Shown: one piece after another, positions 1 to 9,071 of the stretch
How positions within the stretch are numbered: the stretch's first letter is position 1
How the letters are laid out: the number at the start of each line of letters is the position of its first letter
IMG/VR virus record: IMGVR_UViG_2840949845_000010
Span: 1 to 64,000 of that record
Origin: a virus
Lineage: Duplodnaviria > Caudoviricetes
Reading direction: 5' to 3' (one strand)
DNA length: 64,000 bases
Made by a program: the position numbers and the translations under genes
Notes under the pieces: generated by a model
Told to the model about the DNA's origin: nothing
Seen by the model: the letters and a program-made list of their open reading frames with translations, nothing else
Databases searched by the model: none

Positions 1-615
1 ATGAACACCCCGCTCATCATCGGCCTGAACGGCAAGGCCGGGGCCGGCAAGGACACCGCCGCCAACCATCTCGTCTCCCAATATGGCTTCGTCAAGATCG
101 GATTCGCCGACCCGCTCCGGCAGGTTTGCAAGACGGTCTTCGGGCTGACCGACGCCGAGATGTCCGACCGGGCGCTGAAGGAAACAATCCTCGACCGCTA
201 CCCGCACCTCACCCCGCGCAAGATCATGCAGGTGGTCGGCACCGAGGCGTTCCGCAACAACTTCGATGGCGTCTGGATCGAAGCTTTCCTCCAGCAGGCC
301 CGCAAACACCAGCGGGTGGTCGCCTCGGATTGCCGCTTCCCGGACGAGGGCGCCGCCGTCCAGGCCCTGGGCGGCAAACTGGTCCGGGTGGTGGCAATCG
401 ACAGCCCGTTCGAGACCCCGGACAGCGGCCATGCCAGCGAGGCCGTGGTCAACACGGTCAACGCCGACCACGAAGTCACCAACGTCTTCAACGACCCCAA
501 CGGCATCCATCTCCTGAAGCACCAGATGGACGCCATCATGATGGGCCTGGGGATTTGCCGCTGCGTCCAGCCGGGGTGTGACTGCGACTACATCCCGCCC
601 GCGATCCGGGACTGA
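1..615 (+). CDS. Phage deoxynucleoside monophosphate kinase
   Basis: P-loop GKAGAGKDT, GFADPLR, TPRKIMQVVGTE, DCRFPDE and HASE motifs typical of T4 gp1-like dNMP kinases. Confidence 0.88.
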   Translation: MNTPLIIGLNGKAGAGKDTAANHLVSQYGFVKIGFADPLRQVCKTVFGLTDAEMSDRALKETILDRYPHLTPRKIMQVVGTEAFRNNFDGVWIEAFLQQARKHQRVVASDCRFPDEGAAVQALGGKLVRVVAIDSPFETPDSGHASEAVVNTVNADHEVTNVFNDPNGIHLLKHQMDAIMMGLGICRCVQPGCDCDYIPPAIRD

Positions 616-616
616 C

Positions 617-823
617 ATGGGCGCCCGGTACAACCTCGCCACGCTGAAGATGATGTGGGAGGCGGGCGCCCCGGTCGAGGACATCGCGAAGGTCTTCGAC
701 CGTTCCCCCTCGAACATCCGCACGGCGTGTTGCCGCCACAAATTCCGCCGCCCGGCCGCCTTCAAAACCCAACAGGGGAAGAAGGCCCGCGCCGTCCGCG
801 CCGCCAAGGAACAATCCCAATGA
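617..823 (+). CDS. Small GcrA-N-terminal-like HTH protein
   Basis: LKMMWEAGAPVEDIAKVFDRSPSNIRTACCR resembles the GcrA-type HTH; ATG at 617 just after the upstream stop. Confidence 0.5.
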   Translation: MGARYNLATLKMMWEAGAPVEDIAKVFDRSPSNIRTACCRHKFRRPAAFKTQQGKKARAVRAAKEQSQ

Positions 824-1320
824 ACCTGACCGACTATCGCGCTTCCGCGCTGCGTTTCGAGTGGTCCGAAATCCGCAGCGTCGTGGATGTCCGACTCCAG
901 CACGGCATCATCGGCCTCGCCTCGGAACTGGGCGAGTTGCTGGAGGTGTCCTTCGCCCCCGAGTTCGACCAGGACCGCTTCCTGGACGAGGCGGGCGACC
1001 AGCTTTGGTACATGAACCTGATCGCCGACGCTCTCGGCGACAACCTCGACACCCACATCGTCATCCCGCGTGAACGCCCGGTCATGGAGGAGGTGCTGGC
1101 AGAATACGCCTTGCACGTCTCCAGGCTGTCGGACGTGCTGAAGAAGGCGCTGTTCTACCGCGACCGCGCCGTCTGCCCGACCAAGGTTCGCCTGCATCTG
1201 GGCGGCGCATTGTCGTGCCTGAACACCCAGGTCGTCTCGGTTGGATCGTCCCTCCAGGGGGTTGCCGACCAGAACATCATCAAGCTGGAAGCCCGTCACG
1301 GCGCCAAGGCGGGTGCGTGA
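820..1320 (+). CDS. MazG-like nucleotide pyrophosphohydrolase
   Basis: GLASELGELL...DEAGDQLWY and terminal NIIKLEARH motifs; ATGA overlap with upstream gene. Confidence 0.8.
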   Translation: MNLTDYRASALRFEWSEIRSVVDVRLQHGIIGLASELGELLEVSFAPEFDQDRFLDEAGDQLWYMNLIADALGDNLDTHIVIPRERPVMEEVLAEYALHVSRLSDVLKKALFYRDRAVCPTKVRLHLGGALSCLNTQVVSVGSSLQGVADQNIIKLEARHGAKAGA

Positions 1321-1769
1321 TGGGCGCCCCCGCCGTCTACCTCGCCGGCCCGATGAAGGGCCTGACCTTCGAGGCGTGCAACCGGTGGCGGATTGAGGCC
1401 GCCTTCCGCCTCGGCGAACGCGGCATCGCCACCATCAACCCGGTCGAGGCTGAACTGATCGCCCACCAGGGCGCGCTGTCCTGCTCGGGCAACGGGATGA
1501 TGACCAGTCCGAAGGCCATTGTCGCGAAAGACCGGCATTACGTGCTGAACCGCGCCACGGCGATGCTGGTCAACTTCACCGACGCCCCGGCGGTCAGCAT
1601 CGGGACCTGTGTGGAGTTCGGCTGGGCGGACGCCGCCCGCATCCCGGTCGTCACGGTCCTGCCCGACGCCAACCCGCACCACCACGCCTTCATCCGCGAA
1701 CTCTCCGGCTGGGTCGTCGCCGACCTGAACGATGCCATCGGCATCCTGGCCGCCCTCCACAAGGACTGA
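1320..1769 (+). CDS. Nucleoside 2-deoxyribosyltransferase-like / nucleotide N-glycosidase
   Basis: VYLAGPM...INP...D...SIGTCVEFGWA...PV signature of the NDT fold. Confidence 0.8.
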   Translation: MGAPAVYLAGPMKGLTFEACNRWRIEAAFRLGERGIATINPVEAELIAHQGALSCSGNGMMTSPKAIVAKDRHYVLNRATAMLVNFTDAPAVSIGTCVEFGWADAARIPVVTVLPDANPHHHAFIRELSGWVVADLNDAIGILAALHKD

Positions 1770-1774
1770 CCCCG

Positions 1775-3058
1775 ATGACCTTGAACGATGCCTTCGAGAC
1801 GCTGGAGACGGTCGCCGCCACCAGCTCGCGCACCGAAAAGCAGACGCTCCTGGCCGTGGCCCTGAAGGACCCGATCTTCCGCGCGGTCTGCATCTACGCC
1901 TACGATCCGTTCATCACCTTCGGCATCGTCCCGTCGCTGGAGCGCCAGGGGCAATCCACCTGGGGCGAGCCGGACACCACGCAAATCTTCTCCTACCTGG
2001 ATCGCCTCGCCCGTCGCGAGTACACCGGCAAGACGGCGGAACGCTGCGTCGAGGAGATGCTGCACCAACTCCCGACCGGCGCCGGGCAGCTCCTGGTCCG
2101 CATCCTGAACAAGGATCTTCGGGCCGGCTTCACCGCCACCACCTTGAACAAGGTGGTGAAACGGCTGGTGCCCGAATATGAGCCGATGGCGGCCCACCCT
2201 TTCGAGGCCAAGCGCATCAAGGGCTGGCCGGTCGCGGGCGAACCGAAGCTGGACGGCCTGCGACTCCAGGTCTGGGTGGATTATGAGAACGGCGAGGCCG
2301 AGGCCCGCAGCCGCAACGGCCTTCCGATGCCGGCCCTCAAGCCGCTGGCCGAGGCGTTCCTGGCGCTGTCCTGCCCCTACGCCAAGGTCGTGTTCGACGG
2401 CGAGGTGGCGACCGGCGCGTTCAACGACAGCGTGGGCCGGACCCGCCGCAAATCCACCCCGGTGGACGCCGCCTCCATGTTCGTCTTCGATCTGCTGACG
2501 CAGGAGGAGTTCACCTCCGGCAGCCTGCGCCCGTATCTCACCCGCCGCTCCACCCTGGAGGATGTCCTGGGCGAGCCGGTCGATGGCGCCCTGGCCCTCC
2601 GGGTGATGCCGCAGCGCCTGCTGCACTCGGTCGCCGAAGTCATGGCCTATTACGAGGAGGTCCGGGCCATGACCGTGGGCCAGTTCCTCGGCCTGTCCTG
2701 CGACAAGCCGATGGAGGGCGTCATCGTCAAGACGCTGACCGGCGGCTATGAGAACAAGCGGTCGCACCATTGGCTGAAGGTGAAGGCCGAGGAGACCGAA
2801 GACCTCCGCGTCATGGGCGCCTATGAGGGCGAACCGGGCACCAAATACGCCGGCAAACTCGGCGGCGTGATCGTGGACCGCAACGGGGTCGAGGTCCGGG
2901 TCGGCGGCGGCTTCTCCGACGCGCTGCGGGACGAGCCGCTGGGCGGCTTCATCGGTCGCCTGATCGAGGTCGAGTATCACGAGGTGACGCCGGACGGCAG
3001 CCTTCGCCACCCGCGCTTCGTGCGTTTCCGCGACGACAAGGACAAGGGGGTCGCGTGA
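1775..3058 (+). CDS. ATP-dependent DNA ligase (phage type)
   Basis: Motif I EPKLDGLR, FDGE, FDLL, EGVIVK, WLKVK, SLRHPRFVRFRDDK. Confidence 0.96.
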   Translation: MTLNDAFETLETVAATSSRTEKQTLLAVALKDPIFRAVCIYAYDPFITFGIVPSLERQGQSTWGEPDTTQIFSYLDRLARREYTGKTAERCVEEMLHQLPTGAGQLLVRILNKDLRAGFTATTLNKVVKRLVPEYEPMAAHPFEAKRIKGWPVAGEPKLDGLRLQVWVDYENGEAEARSRNGLPMPALKPLAEAFLALSCPYAKVVFDGEVATGAFNDSVGRTRRKSTPVDAASMFVFDLLTQEEFTSGSLRPYLTRRSTLEDVLGEPVDGALALRVMPQRLLHSVAEVMAYYEEVRAMTVGQFLGLSCDKPMEGVIVKTLTGGYENKRSHHWLKVKAEETEDLRVMGAYEGEPGTKYAGKLGGVIVDRNGVEVRVGGGFSDALRDEPLGGFIGRLIEVEYHEVTPDGSLRHPRFVRFRDDKDKGVA

Positions 3059-3579
3059 TGACGGATGTGGGCGGCATCGCGGCTGACCGGTTGAGGAGCG
3101 TCGTCAGCCGGATCGAGGCCCTGGACGCGGAGAAGAAGGGCCTCGCCGAGGACATCAAGGAGGTGTTCGCCGAGGCGAAGGCGACCGGCTTCGAGGCCGA
3201 GATCATCCGCCAGCTTCTCCGCTTGCGGCGGATGGACAAAGCCGACCAGCAGGAGCAGGAAGCCCTGCTGGGACTCTACAAGACGGCCCTGGGCATGGAG
3301 GATGACGACGCGCTGGGGATGATCGGCCACAACTCGACCGCCGGAAGTTTGGCCGCCGACCGGCTGAAAGCCTTCGTGGATCGCATCGAGCGGCTGGAGG
3401 AGGAGAAGCGCGGCCTCCAGGAGGACATCAAGGACCTGTTCACCGAGGCCAAAGGGGTGGGATTCGACAGCAAAATCATCCGCATCTGCTTGCGGCTGCG
3501 GAAGATGGACAAGGCTGACCGACAGGAGAAGGAGGCCAAGCTGAAGCTCTACAAAACCGCCATGGGGATGACGGACTGA
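3058..3579 (+). CDS. Tandem-duplicated GapR/DUF2312 (UPF0335) DNA-binding protein
   Basis: Two copies of AADRLxxxVxRIExLxxEKxGLxEDIKxxFxEAKxxGF...LRLRxMDKADxQExEAxLxLYKTAxGM. Confidence 0.9.
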   Translation: MTDVGGIAADRLRSVVSRIEALDAEKKGLAEDIKEVFAEAKATGFEAEIIRQLLRLRRMDKADQQEQEALLGLYKTALGMEDDDALGMIGHNSTAGSLAADRLKAFVDRIERLEEEKRGLQEDIKDLFTEAKGVGFDSKIIRICLRLRKMDKADRQEKEAKLKLYKTAMGMTD

Positions 3580-3610
3580 GCGAACCCCGGCCCTTGCCCG
3601 CGTGATCCGT

Positions 3611-3648
3611 AAGCCCTGGTGCGGAAACTGCGCCAGGGTTTTCTCTTT
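3611..3648 (+). terminator. Rho-independent terminator
   Basis: GCCCTGGTGCG-GAAA-CTGCGCCAGGGT hairpin followed by a T-rich tract after the GapR gene. Confidence 0.7.
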
Positions 3649-3690
3649 GAAACGTATAACCTCAGCGATCCACAACACCCAGAGGTAGGC

Positions 3691-5310
3691 ATGGCAGAGG
3701 CGGCTGTAAAACCAAACCTGAGAGAAGCCGTCTCTCTCTTTGAGGCAGGGTGCCTCATGGAAGCTGAACGTCTCTGCAAATTGTTGCTAAAAGACAATTC
3801 AGTAAACGTTGGAGCAAACCATTTATTGGGTGTTTCGCTGTGCAGCCGTGGACAATACAAGGAAGGCGCTGATTTTCTTGAGAATGTCGTTGACCTGCAA
3901 CCTCTGAATTTTAATGCGCTTCGCAGCTTGGGGGACTCGTATCAATGTCAGCATCGGCATGAGGACGCCGTGCGCGTCTACAGACGGTGCCTCTCGGATA
4001 AGGGCAGTCTTCTCTCAACTTACATCAAAATATCCATCTGTTTGAATGAGCTGGGCCTGCATGATGAGGCAATCAGAGCATGCAAAGCGGCGATTGCCCT
4101 TAGCCCTTCGGCTTTTGAAGCTTACTTTGGTCTTGGGAGTTTGCTTCAGGATCAATACGAAACAGACGGCGCCTTGATCGCCAATGGCCGCTCGGCCGCG
4201 CTGGCCCCAGACAGGCCAGAACCAATAACGAATATAGGGCTTCTTCTCAAAGAAAGCGGGAGCATTGATGCAGCCATTGCTGTTCATCGCCACGCCATCT
4301 CGATTTTCCCAAACTACGCCTACGCCCATATCAATTTGGCCGCAGGACTTCTCGCCAGTGGGCAGTGGGATGAGGGTTGGAACGAGTACGAGTGGCGGTG
4401 GCAGGCTCAGGACCTCGGATTCAGGCGCCCCACGTCGGACAAGCCGGAATGGACCGGGCAGGATCTCACCGGCCAGACGCTGCTGATTTGCGAGGAACAG
4501 GGCTTCGGCGACACCCTCCAATTCATCCGTCTTGCCGCGCTGGTCCGACCGCTCTGCGCGAGGGTGGTGGTCCAATGCCGCGCGCCGCTCGCCCGGATCA
4601 TCGCCAGCGCGGCGGGGGTGGACGAGGTGGTGACGGAGTTTCCCGACCGCTCCGGCTATGATTGCTGGGTGTCCCTGATGTCCTTGATGGCCCGTCTGGG
4701 CGTCACCCTGGACAGCGTCCCGGCGACCACGCCCTATCTGTTCACCCCCGCCGACGCCCGGCGGTCGTGGGCCTCGGTCGTTCCGACCTCCGGGACGCTG
4801 AAAGTTGGTCTGGTGTGGGCGGGCGACCCCAAGCTGGGCTGCGCGGCGGCCCGCAAGATGGATTCGCGGCGCAGCATGGCCTTGAGCCAGTTCGCCCCGC
4901 TGGCCCAGATTCCCGATGTGACCTGGGTCAGCCTGCAAAAGGGGCCTGCGTCCAAGCAGGTGGAGAGCGCTCCGGGGGGCCTTGCCCTCATCGACCCGAT
5001 GGACGGGGTGCGGGATTACGCGGACACCGCCGCCATCATCGAACAGCTCGACCTCGTGATCGGGGTGGACACCTCGGTCATCCATCTGGCGGGCGCCCTG
5101 GGCAAGCCGGTGTGGGCGCTGTCCCGCTTTGACGGCTGCTGGCGTTGGCTGTTGGACCGCGACGACAGCCCTTGGTATCCGACGCTGCGCCTCTTCCGCC
5201 AGGAACGGCCGGGCGACTGGGGGCCGGTGGTGGAGCGGGTAAAGCGAGAATTGACGCTGGTGGCTGAAGGAGCGGGCGACACCGTCTTGTGCCGCTCTGA
5301 AGCAGAGTAA
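3691..5310 (+). CDS. TPR-repeat protein with C-terminal GT-B (GT9-like) glycosyltransferase domain
   Basis: N-terminal TPRs; GWNEYEWRW, EQGFGDTLQFIR, VGLVWAG, SLQKG, DTAAIIEQLDLVIGVDTSVIHLAGALG, WRWLLDRDDSPWYPTLRLFRQ; GAGG RBS before ATG 3691. Confidence 0.88.
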   Translation: MAEAAVKPNLREAVSLFEAGCLMEAERLCKLLLKDNSVNVGANHLLGVSLCSRGQYKEGADFLENVVDLQPLNFNALRSLGDSYQCQHRHEDAVRVYRRCLSDKGSLLSTYIKISICLNELGLHDEAIRACKAAIALSPSAFEAYFGLGSLLQDQYETDGALIANGRSAALAPDRPEPITNIGLLLKESGSIDAAIAVHRHAISIFPNYAYAHINLAAGLLASGQWDEGWNEYEWRWQAQDLGFRRPTSDKPEWTGQDLTGQTLLICEEQGFGDTLQFIRLAALVRPLCARVVVQCRAPLARIIASAAGVDEVVTEFPDRSGYDCWVSLMSLMARLGVTLDSVPATTPYLFTPADARRSWASVVPTSGTLKVGLVWAGDPKLGCAAARKMDSRRSMALSQFAPLAQIPDVTWVSLQKGPASKQVESAPGGLALIDPMDGVRDYADTAAIIEQLDLVIGVDTSVIHLAGALGKPVWALSRFDGCWRWLLDRDDSPWYPTLRLFRQERPGDWGPVVERVKRELTLVAEGAGDTVLCRSEAE

Positions 5311-5504
5311 TATATAGAGGAAAATCTGCCGCATAGTCGTCACTGTAATAATAGCCATTACCCGAAGATTGGGCTGTGCCTGTCTCGTTAAGACAGGCTC
5401 CCAACATCTATGTGCAGAATTTTCGTACTCACCACATGAAATATCACCATTTGTCAGAAACATAAGTTATAAATATACAATTGATGATATAAATTATATT
5501 ATGT

Positions 5505-6887
5505 CTATAGAAGAAATGAGAAAAGAGATGGTTGTCTAGGGCGCCGAATCTCATCATCCCATCCAAAGTCATAAGCACGTTCACGCACTATCTCGCCAAT
5601 GACATTTCCAGATTTATCGTGTTTTTTACCGACAATAACTACCTCTCCCGCATCCCGCAATTCTGTGAGTTGGCTATCAACCAACTTACCAACCACCGGT
5701 GTATCATTAGCGCGGGCCGCGAACAGCGAGCGCTTGGTGACGGCGACCCCATCTTTCCACCCAGCTTGAAGAAGGGGTGGAATCTGCTCCAATAGATGTT
5801 TCTTTGATCGAGCGGCAGCATCATCGTTGAAAAGGTAATCCATCATGCCCTGCCGAACGTCCACGTTGGGGTCGAAGCCAAGAGCGTCGAATCCTGAGCC
5901 GCCAAAGTGCTCCATCGTATTGTTTGTTGCCCAGAAGACGTTTCCCATCTCTTCACGGGCCTGATGGTGCTTTGAAAGATGAATTAGCCAATAATCCCGA
6001 TGAGACTCCGGCGGATGAACAAAAAAAGGCGTGTAATATGCCGCGCCAGTACAGCTAAGTATATGACGATACACTGTGTTCTGGATTGCTCTCTTCCAAC
6101 CCTTTTGACCGTATTCGTTCTTAATATCTAGAAGTGCGCGAACGTCTTCGCGTTTATAGTCGATTGCAGCGAGCGCGCTAAGACTAGATGTCCTGTCATG
6201 AAGCAAATTAATTAGAGAGTCCACCATAAATGTCAGTATAACCTCAGGATTAGCCAGCTCTCCCATGATTTTCCGAACCGTTAGAAGTTTTACATCACTC
6301 CATCCATACTGATCTAGAAAAAATAAAGAGTGATGCGCCCTCCCTTTTTTCTTAATAGTTGATATAACGTCCGGTATGGCCTCTTCAAAAGTTGACTGTA
6401 TTAACCGAATTTTCGTTCCAATTAAGGAGCTGTATCCCCGCTTGACGAGTTGATCTGTCAGAAATGCAACATGGTTTCTGTTTTCATCGATAAAAACAAA
6501 ATCAACATCAAGGACAAAGTCACTTCGTCGCGCGATGAGGAGTTCACGAGCTTGGTCAATAGCGGTTAGAAGCCGCAGCGGGGAACCATCGATGACCTTC
6601 TCACCCATCGAATACAAGCCACCGCCACAGAACCCATCAACGATGGTCATTCTAAGCTGAGATTGGACATGCCGTTTTGTAAGAGTTGCAACGTACCGAT
6701 CAACATACGTGCTATAGATGTCGTGTTTAGCGGCGCTATGCTCCCCAAGTTCGGGCAGCGCCATTCCGGGTCCCCAATGATACCCCAGTTTTTCAGGCTT
6801 ACCCAGCGCTAACTTGGGTTTGGCAAGCTCATACAACCCAGGTATGGTCAAGCCAAGCTGATCGCTATCGACCTTCTTCCTCGCCAT
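5505..6887 (-). CDS. tcmP: Three-Cys-motif partner protein (TcmP family, SAM-methyltransferase-like fold)
   Basis: HSAAKHDIY, VDGFCGGG, FFLDQYG, EVILTFM, YWLIHLSKH motifs; neighbouring DUF5131 gene; AT-rich. Confidence 0.82.
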   Translation of the reverse strand: MARKKVDSDQLGLTIPGLYELAKPKLALGKPEKLGYHWGPGMALPELGEHSAAKHDIYSTYVDRYVATLTKRHVQSQLRMTIVDGFCGGGLYSMGEKVIDGSPLRLLTAIDQARELLIARRSDFVLDVDFVFIDENRNHVAFLTDQLVKRGYSSLIGTKIRLIQSTFEEAIPDVISTIKKKGRAHHSLFFLDQYGWSDVKLLTVRKIMGELANPEVILTFMVDSLINLLHDRTSSLSALAAIDYKREDVRALLDIKNEYGQKGWKRAIQNTVYRHILSCTGAAYYTPFFVHPPESHRDYWLIHLSKHHQAREEMGNVFWATNNTMEHFGGSGFDALGFDPNVDVRQGMMDYLFNDDAAARSKKHLLEQIPPLLQAGWKDGVAVTKRSLFAARANDTPVVGKLVDSQLTELRDAGEVVIVGKKHDKSGNVIGEIVRERAYDFGWDDEIRRPRQPSLFSFLL

Positions 6888-7119
6888 GGCAGATCTTTCA
6901 GATGGAACGAAGCCTCAAGTGAAGTTCCACCATGACTTGAAACGTGAGCTGTTGCCTAGTGCAATCGATTGAAAACTGAACTGCCTTTTGTTGGAGGCTG
7001 TGTCTTTCCGAACTGCGTCGTCAGCGGTCGTTTCTCTTTGATGAATTGCGCATCTGCCCTATCAGCCAAGCAATCATATGTTTAGAATTTGAACATAATA
7101 GACTTTGCCACTACGTCCC

Positions 7120-7662
7120 TTAGATTGCGATGATCTGCTCTATTGCCTTAATGAGACGCTCACGTGAGGCTATCGCCCGGTCAATTGTTGATGCCTCCGC
7201 AAAGAACCAGAGCCAGATAGATTGGACTTCGACTTCCTCAATCGCAAGAAAGACCGGTGCAAGTTGGAGGTTTACTTCCTACCTATCAGCATTAGCCGCT
7301 ACCTTTAGGCCATACTCTATTTCTTTTGCTACAGATTGGAGAAATTTTAATTCATAATCTTCAGCGTTCCCGGCAACAATTTGAACATATCCGCCTGCTA
7401 TTCGGCGTGCCTCAATGCGTGCCCTGGGTACATCATGCTGCCCAAGATCACATCCGAGTGAGACTAGGCGCGCATTCGGTATGGCAAGTTTAGTGAGTAA
7501 GGCGGCCAGCGCTCGGCTTTCCTGTGCCTCCGGTATCTCCGCGACGCGGTCGGGATGCCCTCGTGTATCGATGAATCCATAATTTCGCCGAATTTCATCA
7601 AAGAGCGGTGGGTAAGGAATCGTATTCCCATTTCCAGTGCTATACTTGATGCGCGCACTCAC
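7120..7662 (-). pseudogene. Unknown protein interrupted by one in-frame TAG (7279-7281)
   Basis: GTG at 7662 after AGGA; frame continues past TAG as EVNLQLAPVFLAIEEVEVQSIWLWFFAEASTIDRAIASRERLIKAIEQIIAI to TAA at 7120. Confidence 0.6.
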
Positions 7663-7678
7663 AATTCCTAATCCTCTA

Positions 7679-8500
7679 TCAAGCAGTGATAATCCGTGGA
7701 AGACCATCCCATGTCATGCCATCAAGTATACGACCAGCAGCTTTCTTTCCGATTCGCAGCATCGTTGTTCCGTCATCGGCTGCTGCGCTTCGCGCTTTAG
7801 CCAAATTGATCCCCTGACCAGGCGCCCAATCACCCCATTGTTTGAAGTGAAAAGGGATATCAGCCGTCATACACTCATTGAGCAATGATCGAAACCAAGA
7901 AGGGCTTGACGGACGTGCCTTGGGTCCACTTTCTCCACCTGTGATAACCCAATCAATCGAGTCGGTCCAACCTTTCAGGCTAAGTGGACCAAGCAACGGT
8001 TCAGCCGAAATGAAACGCACGGCAGCAGGAATATCAGCGAGCGCAGGCAATCGCCGGTCAGCCCACTCCTGATTTTCGGTTGTTGTTCCAAGCCAAACAT
8101 TCTTTGGAAACTCGTCACGCCAGGGTGTACAGGACCGTACACGATCAGGACGCTTCGTTAAAAGGAGCCAATCCAACGCGGGAGTCTCAGTAATTAGCTG
8201 CCACAACCGTTCACGCTCCGGGTCGAGATCGACACGGTCCTCAAATACATCTGCCATAGAGGCGCAGAACACACGGGCACGCTGGCCCGTTGCTAACGCT
8301 GTTCTGTTCCACTGAAGCGGCTCGGCCCAATGTCGCTCGCCAAAAAAGCGTCGATCCGCATGAAGACCCCAAACCGGCTCCCCCAGTCTTTTAGCCCAAC
8401 TCTCCGCATAGCAAAATTTACATGCCGGTGACATTTTTACGCAACCCCACCAGGGGTTAAACGTATGAGTCGTCCACTCAATCTTCGAGTTCTTTGCCAA
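7679..8500 (-). CDS. DUF5131 / phage Gp37Gp68 family protein (radical-SAM-like Cx6Cx2C)
   Basis: SKIEWTTHTFNPWWGCVKMSPACKFCYAE, VFCASMADVFE, LLTKRP, SAEPLLG, WVITGGESG, FHFKQWG; TTG start with GGAG RBS. Confidence 0.93.
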   Translation of the reverse strand: MAKNSKIEWTTHTFNPWWGCVKMSPACKFCYAESWAKRLGEPVWGLHADRRFFGERHWAEPLQWNRTALATGQRARVFCASMADVFEDRVDLDPERERLWQLITETPALDWLLLTKRPDRVRSCTPWRDEFPKNVWLGTTTENQEWADRRLPALADIPAAVRFISAEPLLGPLSLKGWTDSIDWVITGGESGPKARPSSPSWFRSLLNECMTADIPFHFKQWGDWAPGQGINLAKARSAAADDGTTMLRIGKKAAGRILDGMTWDGLPRIITA

Positions 8501-8667
8501 ACGCCGCTCCTGCCTCGCTGGCCCTCATCTTAATCCGCCGAGCGGCCTTGTGAATAAAAATGCTCCATACCGTGAGTGGGCATGAAGCGGTTCTTTCGCG
8601 TCGGGATCGTACCCGCATTTGGCTCGGCACATCACGTTTTTTGCTGAATAGCATAAATTACGCTATA

Positions 8668-8682
8668 GAACAATAAGAGAAC
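8668..8682 (-). promoter_or_regulatory. Alphaproteobacterial LexA (SOS) box
   Basis: GAAC-AATAAGA-GAAC (GTTC-N7-GTTC on minus strand) about 170 bp upstream of the DUF5131 start. Confidence 0.65.
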
Positions 8683-9071
8683 AAGCATGCGATTACCAGC
8701 AGACTCAGTGGGGGTTTTCACCTTGTGAAGGCTGGCGTTGGACTTCTTTTGACCACCACTCTGCTGAAACTCAATACGGCTGAACAGCATCAAAACGGTG
8801 AAGCGCAGCGTAAATCAGGCATATATCTCGCGCCTTCTTGAGTAAATTTTTTATAATATATATGGAAAATCAGGGTTTTTGTTAATTTGTTCAGAATATT
8901 ATTCTATACTTTTAGTATATTAACTCTATGATTATGGGAATGACGGTTGTTTTATTTCAAATCCCAAGATTTTATGGCGAACTCCTGCTCGATAATGGGA
9001 ATAGTTCTATCTGATTCAACCCCGCAGGCGCTCAACCTGGGCCAGGGCTTCGTGGGCCTGCGCAGGCACAA

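Noticed and set aside
3619-3690. Longer GTG start for the TPR-glycosyltransferase
   Set aside because: Lies within the terminator hairpin; ATG at 3691 has an RBS
3683-3696. GAGGTAGGCATGGC also found near 56731
   Set aside because: 14-bp RBS-plus-ATG-like match, too short and without context to call an att site
8889-8934. Additional LexA-like (GTTC-N8-ATTC) and CtrA-like (TTAA-N7-ATTA) sites
   Set aside because: Wrong spacing or mismatches in very AT-rich DNA, where chance matches are likely
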